A stretch of DNA of 64,000 bases from an uncultured bacterium (GTDB lineage Bacteria; Patescibacteriota; Minisyncoccia; Phycocordibacterales; DATDWN01), in NCBI GenBank assembly GCA_963727715.1, contig CAVSGX010000006.1, positions 12,632-76,631 on the forward strand. The letters run 5' to 3'. Below are positions 47,973 to 57,832 of the stretch, piece by piece. A program made the position numbers and the translations under genes. Position 1 is the stretch's first letter. Every line of letters begins with the position of its first letter. The notes below the pieces were generated by a model. The model was not told where the DNA came from, searched no databases, and saw only the letters and a program-made list of their open reading frames with translations.

Positions 47973-48009
47973 AAAAAAAACCCGTGTGATTGGTCACGGG
48001 TGGTGTTTT
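47973..48009. terminator. bidirectional intrinsic terminator
   Basis: aaaaaaaa-cccgtg-tgattggt-cacggg-tggtgtttt between convergent genes. Confidence 0.55.
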
Positions 48010-48010
48010 C

Positions 48011-48457
48011 CTATCTATTCACCAGAACTTCGTACATCTCTTTGATTGGACGAGGAGGATAACAATAATGGCAATTGTCATCATTGAAAATCATATAGAC
48101 CCCGAAACTCATTTCAAATCTGAGTTGACGCACGTTGAACTTCATTCGTTCGACAGGTATTCTGTCAACAAAAATTTTTCCGTCTCTTTTGGAGATTTCT
48201 ATTCTTCTGACACCAGTGCTTGAAAGATCCGCTCCAGTGACAAACACCAAATCTTCACCGGACAAACTTTTGTCTTCTAGAAAAGAACTTATGCATCCAA
48301 TCTTTTCATCTGGGATTTCAATTTCCAACCCACAATTTCTCAACTCATCGAAAATGCTAAAATTGGCGTCAATTTGATGACGTGACAATTGGCCTAAAAA
48401 ATTTCTCAATTCTGTCAATTGAAAAGCATTGAATACCTGTCCAACTGTCAGTTTCAT
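48011..48457 (-). CDS. hypothetical protein
   Basis: 148-aa ORF, no recognisable motif. Confidence 0.35.
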   Translation of the reverse strand: MKLTVGQVFNAFQLTELRNFLGQLSRHQIDANFSIFDELRNCGLEIEIPDEKIGCISSFLEDKSLSGEDLVFVTGADLSSTGVRRIEISKRDGKIFVDRIPVERMKFNVRQLRFEMSFGVYMIFNDDNCHYCYPPRPIKEMYEVLVNR

Positions 48458-48479
48458 TGGATTGTCTCCGTATACTATA

Positions 48480-50522
48480 CTACATAGAAATCGTAATATG
48501 TAAAGTGCTACCTATCATCATTCTGGCATCTATCACGGTCGCGCTAAGATCGGTGGCCATAACTGGGTTGAGGTCAATCTCTTTTATTTCAGGATGATGA
48601 ATGGCCAGTTCCGAAAGATTTACAATAATTTCGGCGAGCAAATCAAAATCAACCGACTTCTCGCCACGCAAACCTCGCAAAATTTCAATACCCTTTATTT
48701 CACTCATCATTTCCAAAGCTTCTTCTTTTTTGATCGGGGCGACACGCAGTGAAGTGTCTTTGATAGCTTCGGCTAAAATTCCACCGAGACCGAAAAGAAT
48801 TGTTGGGCCGAAAGTCTCGTCGCGCTTCATACCGATAATGACTTCCCTGCCGGAAACCATCGGTTGAATAAGCATACCGTCGATATGAACCCTCGGATTG
48901 TTGTGGCGAATAGTGTCCCAAGCTTTCTCGGCATCGTTTATTGTTTTTAAGTTTAAAATTATGGCGCCGGAATCTGTTTTGTGAACAATGCACGGCGACT
49001 CGGCTTTCATGGCAAAGTTTGTAAATTTCAACTTTTTCAAGATAGGCCCAAGCTCAAATTTTTCTTTAACCAAAATTCCGCTAAGCGGGATATTGTATTC
49101 GGCCAACAAGTCAAAAGTATTTTCAAAGTTCATCATTTTGATTTTTTGGTTAGCGTTTTTTACAAACTCCTGGTGGTTTTTGTGAAGACCGAAAGCCAGT
49201 GAGTCTAAGGCCGAAATGGCGTCTTCAGGAAAACTGAAATTAACCATTTTATTTTGTCGCAAAATTTTCAGGGCCGGGTCAATTTGCGATCCACCAAGAA
49301 AAACCGGAATAATCGGTTTCTTGTCGTGATACTTTTGAACCAACTCGGCTGTTTTTTCCGTCTCGGTCATCATTTGAGGCGTAACTAAAAGCAAAATAGC
49401 GTCGCTGTTTTTTTCTTCCGACAAAATTTCCAAAGCTTTTTCGAACCTGTCGGCTAAAGCGTCGCCGATAATATCCACAGGGTTTCCTACCGCGGCCATT
49501 GGGGGCAAAACCGCTCGCAATTTTTCTTTTGTTTTTTCTGGAATATTGGCCAATGAAAGAGAATATGATGTGTCCACTAAATCAGCCACTATCACTGATG
49601 GTCCGCCACCATTTGTCAAAATACAGATTTTTTGCAGTGGTTTGTAAAGGCCTGTTTGAAAAAGTTTGGCCATATCGAAAAACTCATGAATAGAATTTAC
49701 ACAAATGACCCCGGCTTGTTTGCAAGCCGACGAGAAAACAGCGTCGTCCGGGGCCAAAGAACCGGTGTGAGACGAGACGGCTTTAGCTCCACCGACGCTT
49801 CGGCCGGCTTTGAGGACGATGATCGGTTTTGTTTCAGTTATTTTTTTAGCTAATTCTATAAAAGCTGGTCCATCGGAAAGTTTTTCCAAATAAATCAAGA
49901 TGGATTTCGTTTCCTGATCTTCTGCCAGAAATCTCAGAAAATCAATTTCCGTCAAATTGGCTTCATTACCCAAACTTATGAATTTGGAAAAACCGACATT
50001 TTCGGAAAGAGCCATGTCCAAAAGGGCGGCGCCTAAAGCGCCCGACTGTGACAGAAAAGCGATGCTCCCCGTCGGAGGATTATCGGGAGCAAATGTGCAA
50101 TTAAAGTTTTCCTGCGTGGAGATTGTGCCTAGACAATTTGGTCCAAGTAGATTGATTCCATTTTGTTTGGCGATTTCAGCTATTTTTTTCTCAAGTTCTT
50201 CGCCGGACGGACCGATTTCTTTAAAACCGGCAGAGATGACAATGACATTTTTAATTTTCTTTTCGGCGCATTCTGACATAATTTTCGGCACCAAATTGGA
50301 ACGAACGGCGATGATAGCCAGATCAACCGGCCCCTTGATGTCTAGAACAGATAAACAAGCAGCAACACCCAAAATTTTTTTCTCGGAAATGCTGACGGGG
50401 AAAACAACCCGTTTGCTTCCGCCTAGCAGGTTTTTCATCAGAGCGAATCCAACTTTGCTTTCGTCGCTTGAAGCGCCGATCACAGCTACTGATTTTGGAT
50501 TGAAAAAATTTTCAAGATTCAT
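48480..50522 (-). CDS. acetyl-CoA synthetase (ADP-forming), fused alpha/beta (NDP-forming acyl-CoA synthetase)
   Basis: 680 aa; CoA-binding N-domain (VAVIGAS...), succinyl-CoA-synthetase-like ligase domains and C-terminal ATP-grasp domain. Confidence 0.8.
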   Translation of the reverse strand: MNLENFFNPKSVAVIGASSDESKVGFALMKNLLGGSKRVVFPVSISEKKILGVAACLSVLDIKGPVDLAIIAVRSNLVPKIMSECAEKKIKNVIVISAGFKEIGPSGEELEKKIAEIAKQNGINLLGPNCLGTISTQENFNCTFAPDNPPTGSIAFLSQSGALGAALLDMALSENVGFSKFISLGNEANLTEIDFLRFLAEDQETKSILIYLEKLSDGPAFIELAKKITETKPIIVLKAGRSVGGAKAVSSHTGSLAPDDAVFSSACKQAGVICVNSIHEFFDMAKLFQTGLYKPLQKICILTNGGGPSVIVADLVDTSYSLSLANIPEKTKEKLRAVLPPMAAVGNPVDIIGDALADRFEKALEILSEEKNSDAILLLVTPQMMTETEKTAELVQKYHDKKPIIPVFLGGSQIDPALKILRQNKMVNFSFPEDAISALDSLAFGLHKNHQEFVKNANQKIKMMNFENTFDLLAEYNIPLSGILVKEKFELGPILKKLKFTNFAMKAESPCIVHKTDSGAIILNLKTINDAEKAWDTIRHNNPRVHIDGMLIQPMVSGREVIIGMKRDETFGPTILFGLGGILAEAIKDTSLRVAPIKKEEALEMMSEIKGIEILRGLRGEKSVDFDLLAEIIVNLSELAIHHPEIKEIDLNPVMATDLSATVIDARMMIGSTLHITISM

Positions 50523-50665
50523 TTATCCGCACACTAACATTACCATCGCTTTTCTATTCTGCTTTGGAATATTTGTGTTATTTATATTTATTATTAAATT
50601 CGACATTTTATTTTGATGTTCACTGAAAAAGCAGAATAATGGCAATGTTAGTGTGCGGATTTATT
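50523..50665. repeat. solo inverted-repeat hairpin element related to the GIY-YIG element termini
   Basis: termini ttatccgcacactaacattaccat / atggcaatgttagtgtgcggat(aa) form a perfect 24-nt inverted repeat; inner second IR ttctattctgcttt/aaagcagaataa; fills the acd-porB intergenic space exactly. Confidence 0.75.
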
Positions 50666-51443
50666 TGTACAATTCTTCCTCAAATGTTGACTTCTCGACT
50701 TGATAAAAAATGCCAAGAGGAACTTTGTCGCTGACCTCGGAAACTTTTTCCATCGCCGTTTTCAAATCGGTTTTTGGAAAATCTTCCGAGATCCAATAGA
50801 TCCGTTCTTTGAAATAATCTCTGGTATCAAAAAATGTGATGCATGGCTGAATAATGTCCACAAAAGAAAAACCTTTGTGAGCAATCGCCTCCCCCATTAT
50901 TTTTTCCGTGCCAGCGATGTCTCCGGCGTATGTCCGAGCCACGAAAGTCGCGCCGGCGGAAAGCAAAAGCAAAAGTGGATTGATCGGTTCCTCAATACTG
51001 CCAAATGGCGTTGATTTTCCTTTGAAACCTTTCGGGCTGACCGCGTCAAACTGGCCGGTGGTTAGAGCAAAAATACGGTTGTCGTGCACAAACAAATTTA
51101 CGTCGGAATTTCTTTTGGCAGCGTGGATCAAATGTTCTAGCCCTTCGTCGTATGAGTCGCCGTCGCCGGAAAAACCGATAATGGTCAGCGAAGGATTAGC
51201 TATTTTGGCGCCGGTCATAGATGGGATCAACCGCCCGTGAAGCGAGGTGAAAGAATTGAGATTCAAATAATCGGAAATTTTACCATGGCAACCAATGCCG
51301 GCAAATGTGGCAATATTTTCCGGTTCCAATTTTCCTTCAGTCACCAAATCGGAAATAACTTTACGGAAAGCTACCAAAATCTGCGAGTTTGGACAACCCG
51401 GGCACCATGTTATTTTTGCTGTAGTTTGTAAATTTAGTTCCAT
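50661..51443 (-). CDS. 2-oxoacid:ferredoxin oxidoreductase beta subunit (TPP-binding)
   Basis: 260 aa; WCPGCPNSQI N-terminal motif and TPP-binding GDG...N region. Confidence 0.85.
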   Translation of the reverse strand: MELNLQTTAKITWCPGCPNSQILVAFRKVISDLVTEGKLEPENIATFAGIGCHGKISDYLNLNSFTSLHGRLIPSMTGAKIANPSLTIIGFSGDGDSYDEGLEHLIHAAKRNSDVNLFVHDNRIFALTTGQFDAVSPKGFKGKSTPFGSIEEPINPLLLLLSAGATFVARTYAGDIAGTEKIMGEAIAHKGFSFVDIIQPCITFFDTRDYFKERIYWISEDFPKTDLKTAMEKVSEVSDKVPLGIFYQVEKSTFEEELYK

Positions 51444-51444
51444 T

Positions 51445-51760
51445 TATCCCGCACACTAACTCTCATTTTGATTCGCCAGTGTGTCTTTTAATCTTAATTT
51501 TAATTGATTCCTTGCCTGACCACGTAATTTTAACATTTTTTCTCTTCTTCGCGAATCAGTTCCTACTTCATATGCTTCGTAATATATAAGTTTGTAAGGT
51601 TTCTTATTTTTTGTTGATTCAACCCCACCTTTATTATGTTCTATGATTCTACGTTTGAGATTATTTGTCGAACCGATGTAAAGCTGACCATATTTTTTAC
51701 TTTTTATCACATAGACATAGAACATAATGAAATGAGAGTTAGTGTGCGGATTTATTTTAA
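51445..51760. mobile_element. GIY-YIG gene cassette bounded by inverted repeats
   Basis: ttatcccgcacactaactctcatt (51445) and its reverse complement aatgagagttagtgtgcggat (51740) flank the GIY-YIG ORF; same terminal sequence family as 50523..50665. Confidence 0.7.
51456..51725 (-). CDS. GIY-YIG nuclease-domain protein (UPF0213/YhbQ-like)
   Basis: 89 aa; YVYVIKSKKYGQLYIGSTNNLKRRIIEHN matches the GIY-(10-11)-YIG...R...E...N catalytic motif. Confidence 0.8.
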   Translation of the reverse strand: MFYVYVIKSKKYGQLYIGSTNNLKRRIIEHNKGGVESTKNKKPYKLIYYEAYEVGTDSRRREKMLKLRGQARNQLKLRLKDTLANQNES

Positions 51761-53464
51761 AATTTTGTTAATTTGTTCAGAGAGTTCAGTCGGATCAAAA
51801 GGTACAGAATCATATTTCAAAATTTTATCAACAATTTCAATCCCTGTTTTTTCCATAATCAATCCAGCCAATTGGGCGTTGTGATTCCCCTCCACACAAA
51901 TTATTTTTTTAGCGCCAACCAATTCTTTTTTTATTTTTTCTGTGTCAAAGGGCTCTAACCAAACGATTTGCAAAAATTTTGCCGGCTTTTCAAAATATTT
52001 TGACGCTTCCAAGACTGCGCTTTTTGTTGAGCCGAAAAAGACAATTACATTTTCGCTACCTGTGTCGCCGTACATTTTGACTGTCTCCCTACTTTGCATT
52101 TCTGTCTCGATGGTTTTTCCTTTTGCGAATCTTTTGTCAAGCATTGCTTTGACTTCGGCTGGTTTGTCCGTTGTAATTCCATATTCGTCATGTTCGTAGC
52201 TCGTCACTTTAACCACGGCGTTTTTCGTACCCGGGAAAGCCAAAGGTGAGACACCGTCTGGAGTGATTTGATAGCGAGCATAATTCTCCCCTGCATCTTT
52301 GGCGATTTTACCACTTTCCGCCGAAACTGATTTTTTATCAATATCGCAAGTCATCATGTGTTCGGACAAAATTTTATCCAAGAGAACAATCACTGGTGTT
52401 TGAAATTTCCATGCCAAATTCAGAGATTCGGCCCCGGCCAGAAAACTTTCTTCCGGATCGCCAGGAGCGAGAACAATTCGTGGAAACTCGCCGTGGCCTC
52501 CATGCAAAGCAAAACGCAAATCGGATTGCGACGAATGTGTGGGCAAACCGGTGGCTGGCGCTTGGCGTTGCGAAACAGCCACAACAAGTGGCAACTCGGC
52601 ACCACCGGCGAAAGACAAAGCTTCCTGCATCAGAGCGAAACCGCCTGTGGCCGAGCCAACGGCCACGCGTTTGCCAGCGTAGGCCATGCCGAGCGCCATG
52701 TTAATAACTGAAATCTCATTTTCCGGCTGAATGACTTTGAGACCATCTTTTTTTTGTTGTGTGGCGAGATAATGCAAAATGCTGGATGACGGCGTCATCG
52801 GATATGCAATATAGAAATTCAAACCCGCACTTTGCAAACCTTTGGCGAAAGCAGTGTTGCCGTCGAGAAATTCTCCATGCACTTCTCCAGGCTCAAGTTT
52901 TTTACTATGTCGGAAATTTATTTTTTGTAAATACCAGTAACCAACCTCGGCCAGCTTCTCATTTATTTTCGGCATTTTGTCAGCAAAAACCATTTTCAAA
53001 ATTTCCGCCATTTTTGGAAGTGGCAAATCCAAAAGATAGCACAACGCGCCAAGAGCGACGGAATTTCTGGTAATAGCCGGTGCCGAAATCTCTGCCACCG
53101 CGCTTTTCATCGGCACCAGCACGGCGTTTTCTCCGAGTGTTGCGATATCACTGGGTTCAAACTCATCGGCAAAAACAATACCGTTTGAGGCAAGCTCACC
53201 GAGGTGCAGTTTGACCGTTTCTTCGTTTAGCGCGATCAGAACATCGAGTGGCGCGTGGTCGCACCAGACTTTTTGTTTGGAAAAAGTTAGTCGTGTGAAG
53301 TTGTGTCCACCGCGAATGAGCGATGGATAGTCGGTTGACAGGTAGACTTCATAGCCGAGATCACGCAAAAGTAGTCCCAAGTTTGATCCGGCTTCCATCA
53401 CCCCATCGCCGGCCGCTCCACCTATGCCGATTGTGAAAATATTATTGTCTAAATTTTGGGTCAT
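51752..53464 (-). CDS. 2-oxoacid:ferredoxin oxidoreductase alpha subunit with fused N-terminal gamma domain
   Basis: 570 aa; N-terminal gamma-type domain (IGIGGAAGDGVMEAGSNLG), then alpha domains; immediately upstream of the beta subunit. Confidence 0.8.
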   Translation of the reverse strand: MTQNLDNNIFTIGIGGAAGDGVMEAGSNLGLLLRDLGYEVYLSTDYPSLIRGGHNFTRLTFSKQKVWCDHAPLDVLIALNEETVKLHLGELASNGIVFADEFEPSDIATLGENAVLVPMKSAVAEISAPAITRNSVALGALCYLLDLPLPKMAEILKMVFADKMPKINEKLAEVGYWYLQKINFRHSKKLEPGEVHGEFLDGNTAFAKGLQSAGLNFYIAYPMTPSSSILHYLATQQKKDGLKVIQPENEISVINMALGMAYAGKRVAVGSATGGFALMQEALSFAGGAELPLVVAVSQRQAPATGLPTHSSQSDLRFALHGGHGEFPRIVLAPGDPEESFLAGAESLNLAWKFQTPVIVLLDKILSEHMMTCDIDKKSVSAESGKIAKDAGENYARYQITPDGVSPLAFPGTKNAVVKVTSYEHDEYGITTDKPAEVKAMLDKRFAKGKTIETEMQSRETVKMYGDTGSENVIVFFGSTKSAVLEASKYFEKPAKFLQIVWLEPFDTEKIKKELVGAKKIICVEGNHNAQLAGLIMEKTGIEIVDKILKYDSVPFDPTELSEQINKILK

Positions 53465-53479
53465 TAAAATATAATTTGG

Positions 53480-53675
53480 TAAATTTTGAATTTCAAAATT
53501 TCATCGAGTGCAAATGTTTTCCGGAGCATACGCAGGCGAGGAGCTGGTTTTGTCAATGACCTGAGCAAAGCGAAGGCTCTTGACAAATCCGAGCCGAGGA
53601 CCGAGTAAACTTTTCGCTGGAAAAGTTTACGTCTCCGGAAAACTTTTGCCGAGATGGGTTTTGAAATTCAAAATC
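53480..53675. repeat. palindromic intergenic element, copy 3 of 3
   Basis: core catacgcaggcgaggagctggttttgtcaatgacctgagcaaagcgaaggctcttgacaaatccgagccgaggaccgag is about 95% identical to copy 2, within its own terminal inverted repeat (attttgaatttcaaaa...gttttccggag / ctccggaaaac...ttttgaaattcaaaat); lies in the divergent porA/SDR promoter region. Confidence 0.8.
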
Positions 53676-53742
53676 GTGCACAATAATTATATCACTAACA
53701 TATGATATAATGAAAGCAATTATTATTTTCACAAAAACTTTC

Positions 53743-54486
53743 ATGTTTCAAAATAAAATCGCAATTGTCACAGGTTCTGCCAAAGGTATCGGCTACGGCA
53801 TCGCGCTTTATCTGGCCAAAAATGGCGCGAGCGTGGTCATGGCCGACTTTGACCAAGCGACAAACGAAAAATCAGCGACAGAAATCCAGTCCGCAACCGG
53901 CGCAAAGTGCCTGGCGGTGCAATGTGACGTTTCCAAAAAGGAAGATATTGATAATTTGATAAAAACCGCGATGGAAAAATTTGGCGGGGTGGATATTTTG
54001 GTCAACAACGCCGGCGTCTACCCTTTCAAACCATTTTTGGAAATGACAGAATCCGACTGGAACAAAGTCATTGATATAAATTTGAAAAGTATTTTCCTAG
54101 CTTCGCAAGCTGCAGCCAAAGTGATGAAAGACGGCAGTAAGATAGTCCAGATTTCTTCCATTGCTTCGCTCGTCGGCTTTGAAGGTTTGACACATTACTG
54201 TGCCAGTAAAGGTGGCATCAACAGTATGATTCGGGCAATGGCTTTGGAACTCGCTTCAAAAAAAATAAATGTCAATGCTATCGCGCCCGGTGCTATCAGA
54301 ACTCCTGGTGCGGACTGGGAATCAATGACCGAAGATGAAATGAAGAAGCAACTCTCCTTAATACCTTGGGGCAGGATAGGCACACCCGAAGACATTGCCG
54401 GCGCTGTCACATTCCTTTGCTCCCCTTCGGCCGATTACATCACTGGCCAAGTCGTTGTGGTGGACGGTGGCTGGACACTGCGATAA
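53743..54486 (+). CDS. short-chain dehydrogenase/reductase (FabG-like)
   Basis: TGSAKGIGYGIA Rossmann motif, NNAG, catalytic YCASK; start set at MFQNK. Confidence 0.8.
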   Translation: MFQNKIAIVTGSAKGIGYGIALYLAKNGASVVMADFDQATNEKSATEIQSATGAKCLAVQCDVSKKEDIDNLIKTAMEKFGGVDILVNNAGVYPFKPFLEMTESDWNKVIDINLKSIFLASQAAAKVMKDGSKIVQISSIASLVGFEGLTHYCASKGGINSMIRAMALELASKKINVNAIAPGAIRTPGADWESMTEDEMKKQLSLIPWGRIGTPEDIAGAVTFLCSPSADYITGQVVVVDGGWTLR

Positions 54487-54571
54487 AACGGCTTAAAATA
54501 TAGGTTTTTACAATTTAACTTGACAGATTAATATAATTTATGTTAGTATCTCGAACAGAAGGAGAACAACC

Positions 54572-55249
54572 ATGTCAACTGGCATGCTTGGAAAGCTCCC
54601 GCTCTCCGCGGTGCGGGGACCGAGAGACACCCTGGAACAGTGTTTGGCTGGCGAAAGTGGAGAGCGATGGCTTAAAGCTCTCAATCAATTCTTACGCGGT
54701 GAAAATCCATGGCCGATAGTTACGAAAGTCGTCGACCTTGATTGCAAAATCACCGTTGGAGATGGAAAGACTGTCAACGATCTCGTGCAAAGTGCACAGC
54801 GTTGTCGCATCAATGTTAACGCATTGGATGTCATCAACTCGGCCCAGTTTACACTGGATGTCGACAAGGCAAGCTACGATATCGTTATGCTTGAATTTGA
54901 TGACACCAACCCTCATCAGACCGACTTCGTGCCCCAGCATGTTTTCGCCGAGATGAGACGCTTGGGACTGGAACCTCCATCCTACGAAGACATTCTTCGT
55001 TTTACTGTGGGTTCAACGGAACACCAATTTAGGAATTTTGATCAAATCACCTTTCTTCATACACCGGTCCGTATTTTTCCGGACGTTGGGCCCGGTGGAA
55101 TGAGCATCGGCACAGGTGAGGATGGCAAGATTCCGGCAGTTCTTGCCATGAGGTTTGAGAGGGTGCAAGACAGGATTACCACGGTCAACACATCTCTCGT
55201 GATTGGAAAGAAGTTCGCTGCTCGTCGCTTTAGATCACAAGGTGAATAG
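54572..55249 (+). CDS. hypothetical protein, compositionally distinct
   Basis: 225-aa ORF preceded by TTGACA-N18-TAGTAT and a strong AAGGAGAA RBS; GC visibly higher (~50%) than neighbours; no recognisable motif. Confidence 0.45.
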   Translation: MSTGMLGKLPLSAVRGPRDTLEQCLAGESGERWLKALNQFLRGENPWPIVTKVVDLDCKITVGDGKTVNDLVQSAQRCRINVNALDVINSAQFTLDVDKASYDIVMLEFDDTNPHQTDFVPQHVFAEMRRLGLEPPSYEDILRFTVGSTEHQFRNFDQITFLHTPVRIFPDVGPGGMSIGTGEDGKIPAVLAMRFERVQDRITTVNTSLVIGKKFAARRFRSQGE

Positions 55250-55323
55250 GGTTGGAAAAATATGCCGGGCGGTATTATACTGCCCGGCACTTTCTATTAA
55301 AAAATTATGGTATAATTTCTCAT

Positions 55324-55800
55324 ATGCGAGAAAAAATAAAAATCGGTTGGTTTTCATTTTCCTGTTGTGAAGATAACACTGTGGTTATGACCGAGGTTAT
55401 GAACGACCATTGGCAGGAATGGAAACAAATTTTTGATTTTCGCCACATTCGCGTTTTGAAATCAAAAAATATTTATGATGCTTTTGACATTGCTTTCATT
55501 GAAGGCGCGATGGCTGGACCAGACCAAGAGAAGTCAGTTAAAGACATTCGCTCGCGCAGTAAAAAGCTCGTGGCTGTCGGCTCATGCGCCGTCACAGGTC
55601 TGCCTTCAGGTCAGCGCAACAACTTCACACCGGAGCAACGCCAAGCCATTGACTTTTTGGTCACTCGCTTTGGCGCTCTGCCGTCGGTCAAAAAAGTTTC
55701 CGACGTCGTCAAGGTGGATGTGGAGATTCCAGGGTGCCCAATGGATCCGAAAGTTTTTTTGGAAAAGGTGAATTTGCTTGTGACAGAATTAAGGAATTAG
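55324..55800 (+). CDS. [NiFe]-hydrogenase small subunit, minimal NuoB-like form
   Basis: KIKIGWFSFSCCEDN (tandem-Cys CCxxE-type N-terminal motif), DIAFIEGAM, VAVGSCAVTG, PGCPM; only the proximal-cluster domain is present; start taken at MREKIKIG. Confidence 0.7.
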   Translation: MREKIKIGWFSFSCCEDNTVVMTEVMNDHWQEWKQIFDFRHIRVLKSKNIYDAFDIAFIEGAMAGPDQEKSVKDIRSRSKKLVAVGSCAVTGLPSGQRNNFTPEQRQAIDFLVTRFGALPSVKKVSDVVKVDVEIPGCPMDPKVFLEKVNLLVTELRN

Positions 55801-56008
55801 TTTTCAAAATCTCGTTTGCCAAAAACTTTTCCGGCACATTGCGCAGGCAATTTAGAAAACAATGACGCAGACCTGAGTGGCACAGGTCGAGGAGATTGTT
55901 TTCTTAGATTGACGAGCAGGAAGAAAATTTTCACCAGAAAATTATTCTGGTGATGGAAAAGATTTTGGTAATAAGAGATTTTGAAAAATTACAAATAACA
56001 AAAATATT

Positions 56009-57322
56009 ATGCACAGCTTTGATCTAAACATGGAGCACATCACTAAAGTGGAAGGTAATGCTTCCCTATCGCTCAAAGTGGAGGATGGTAAAGTTACGGA
56101 TGTTAAATTCGCCATCGTTGAATACAAACGCTTTTTCACTGAGGCGCTGAAAGACAAAGTCATAGCAGCTGTTCCGCAACACTTGGCGCGCATTTGCGGG
56201 ACCTGTTCTAACGCGCACATCATGTGCAGTATTGAAGCTTGCGAGGATGCACTCGGAATTACACCTAGCGAGCAAACAAAACTTCTGCGCGCGCTTGTGA
56301 TGCATGGGCTTATCATACGCGACCACGCTTTGCATTTGTATTTGTTTTCAATGCCGGACATTTTCGGCAAGGATGCATTTCTGGACCTTGATGAAAGTGA
56401 CTCCATTCAACACCAGCTCCTCCACGACGGTTTTGACACCAAATCGGCCGGCAACTTTTTAGCGACACTCATCGCCGGCAGAAGTGTGCATGCCACCTAC
56501 CCGATCATCGGCGGATTTTTGAAATTCCCCGACCATGCCGGTGTGGAAGAAGCGATAAAAAAACTAACCAACATCCGCCCCGCTGTTTTGCGATTAGTAG
56601 AAGTTTTCAAAAACGCGCCGTTCCATTTTGATCGTCAGACCAAATTTATAGCCCTTGTGCCAGAAAAAAGTTTTGGTTATACCGGTGGAGAGATAATCAC
56701 AAGCACTGGAGAAAAATTTACCGAAAAAGATTTTCGTTCGCATTTGGAACACACTGTTTTGCCATACTCGGAGGCTTCCGCTTATACATACCATGGCGAA
56801 GGTTACATGGTTGGCGCGCTGGCCCGAGTAAACTTGGCCAAGGACAAACTACACCCGAAAACAAAAGAGTCACTCGGCGCAACCCTGGACCTTTTCCCTT
56901 CCACGGACATTTTCCACAACAACCTGGCCCAAGCAATCGAGATTTTGCACTCTGTTGATGAGTCGATTGATATTTTAACGAACAACAAATTTGCGCCGGA
57001 GCCGATTGTCAAGGCAACAAAAACGGAAGGTGTCGGAGTTGGAGTCATTGAAGCTCCGCGCGGGACACTTTACCACAAGGTTGTTTTGGGGGCTGACGGC
57101 AAAGTCAGTGAGGGTGAAGTTGTCGTGCCGACAGGCCAGAATCAAGTCAATATAGAAAAAGATGTGGCAACTTTGGTCAACGGGCTTCTAGAAAAACCGG
57201 AATACGCTGACGGCTCGGACTCGGCCAAAGAAAAAATCGCATTTGAAATTGAAAAACTTATCCGCGCATACGACCCGTGTATGTCGTGCGCATCTCACTT
57301 TTTGAAGATTGACTGGCAGTGA
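56009..57322 (+). CDS. [NiFe]-hydrogenase large subunit
   Basis: 437 aa; N-terminal nickel-binding motif RICGTCSNAH and C-terminal DPCMSCASH followed by a 7-aa extension. Confidence 0.8.
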   Translation: MHSFDLNMEHITKVEGNASLSLKVEDGKVTDVKFAIVEYKRFFTEALKDKVIAAVPQHLARICGTCSNAHIMCSIEACEDALGITPSEQTKLLRALVMHGLIIRDHALHLYLFSMPDIFGKDAFLDLDESDSIQHQLLHDGFDTKSAGNFLATLIAGRSVHATYPIIGGFLKFPDHAGVEEAIKKLTNIRPAVLRLVEVFKNAPFHFDRQTKFIALVPEKSFGYTGGEIITSTGEKFTEKDFRSHLEHTVLPYSEASAYTYHGEGYMVGALARVNLAKDKLHPKTKESLGATLDLFPSTDIFHNNLAQAIEILHSVDESIDILTNNKFAPEPIVKATKTEGVGVGVIEAPRGTLYHKVVLGADGKVSEGEVVVPTGQNQVNIEKDVATLVNGLLEKPEYADGSDSAKEKIAFEIEKLIRAYDPCMSCASHFLKIDWQ

Positions 57323-57353
57323 CAGTAATGGTAGAATCTACCTCGGAGATGTT

Positions 57354-57803
57354 ATGAAAGAACAAATGAGTGGTCCAAAAAGGTTTGGACGTTTTGCTGG
57401 CGAAGTGTGCCTGAAAAAAAAGTATGCTGCCGGTCTTATCAGCGAGGAAGATTTCAATGAATTTCAAGCATGTTTGAGAGAGGATATTGAGCCGAGCGTA
57501 GAGCTCATCAATAGGTGTCTTCCCAACGCCGTGAAGAGTTATTTTAAATATTGTGAGGCCAAGGGCATTAAAGCCGACTGGTCTTACGAAAGCGTTGGCG
57601 ATTATTGGCTAAATGGTCACGGGGAAAAGCAAGGGCACATTGGAGAATGCGCGACTCGGACCGTTGTGGTTCTTTCAATAAGAGATGGAATCATTTCAGC
57701 AGGGTTGAAAAGTCCATTAAGTAATCCCTACAATCTTGAGTTGGAACCACTTATGGAAGCTGTTATCCACTATTGGCAAATAGTGGAAATAGCTGAAGAT
57801 TAA
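57354..57803 (+). CDS. hypothetical protein downstream of the hydrogenase large subunit
   Basis: about 150-aa ORF with several Cys; no recognisable motif. Confidence 0.35.
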   Translation: MKEQMSGPKRFGRFAGEVCLKKKYAAGLISEEDFNEFQACLREDIEPSVELINRCLPNAVKSYFKYCEAKGIKADWSYESVGDYWLNGHGEKQGHIGECATRTVVVLSIRDGIISAGLKSPLSNPYNLELEPLMEAVIHYWQIVEIAED

Positions 57804-57804
57804 G

Positions 57805-57832
57805 CACTGTCTTGTGACAGTGTTTCTTTTTT
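57805..57832. terminator. intrinsic terminator
   Basis: cactgtc-ttgt-gacagtg followed by tttctttttt. Confidence 0.5.
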
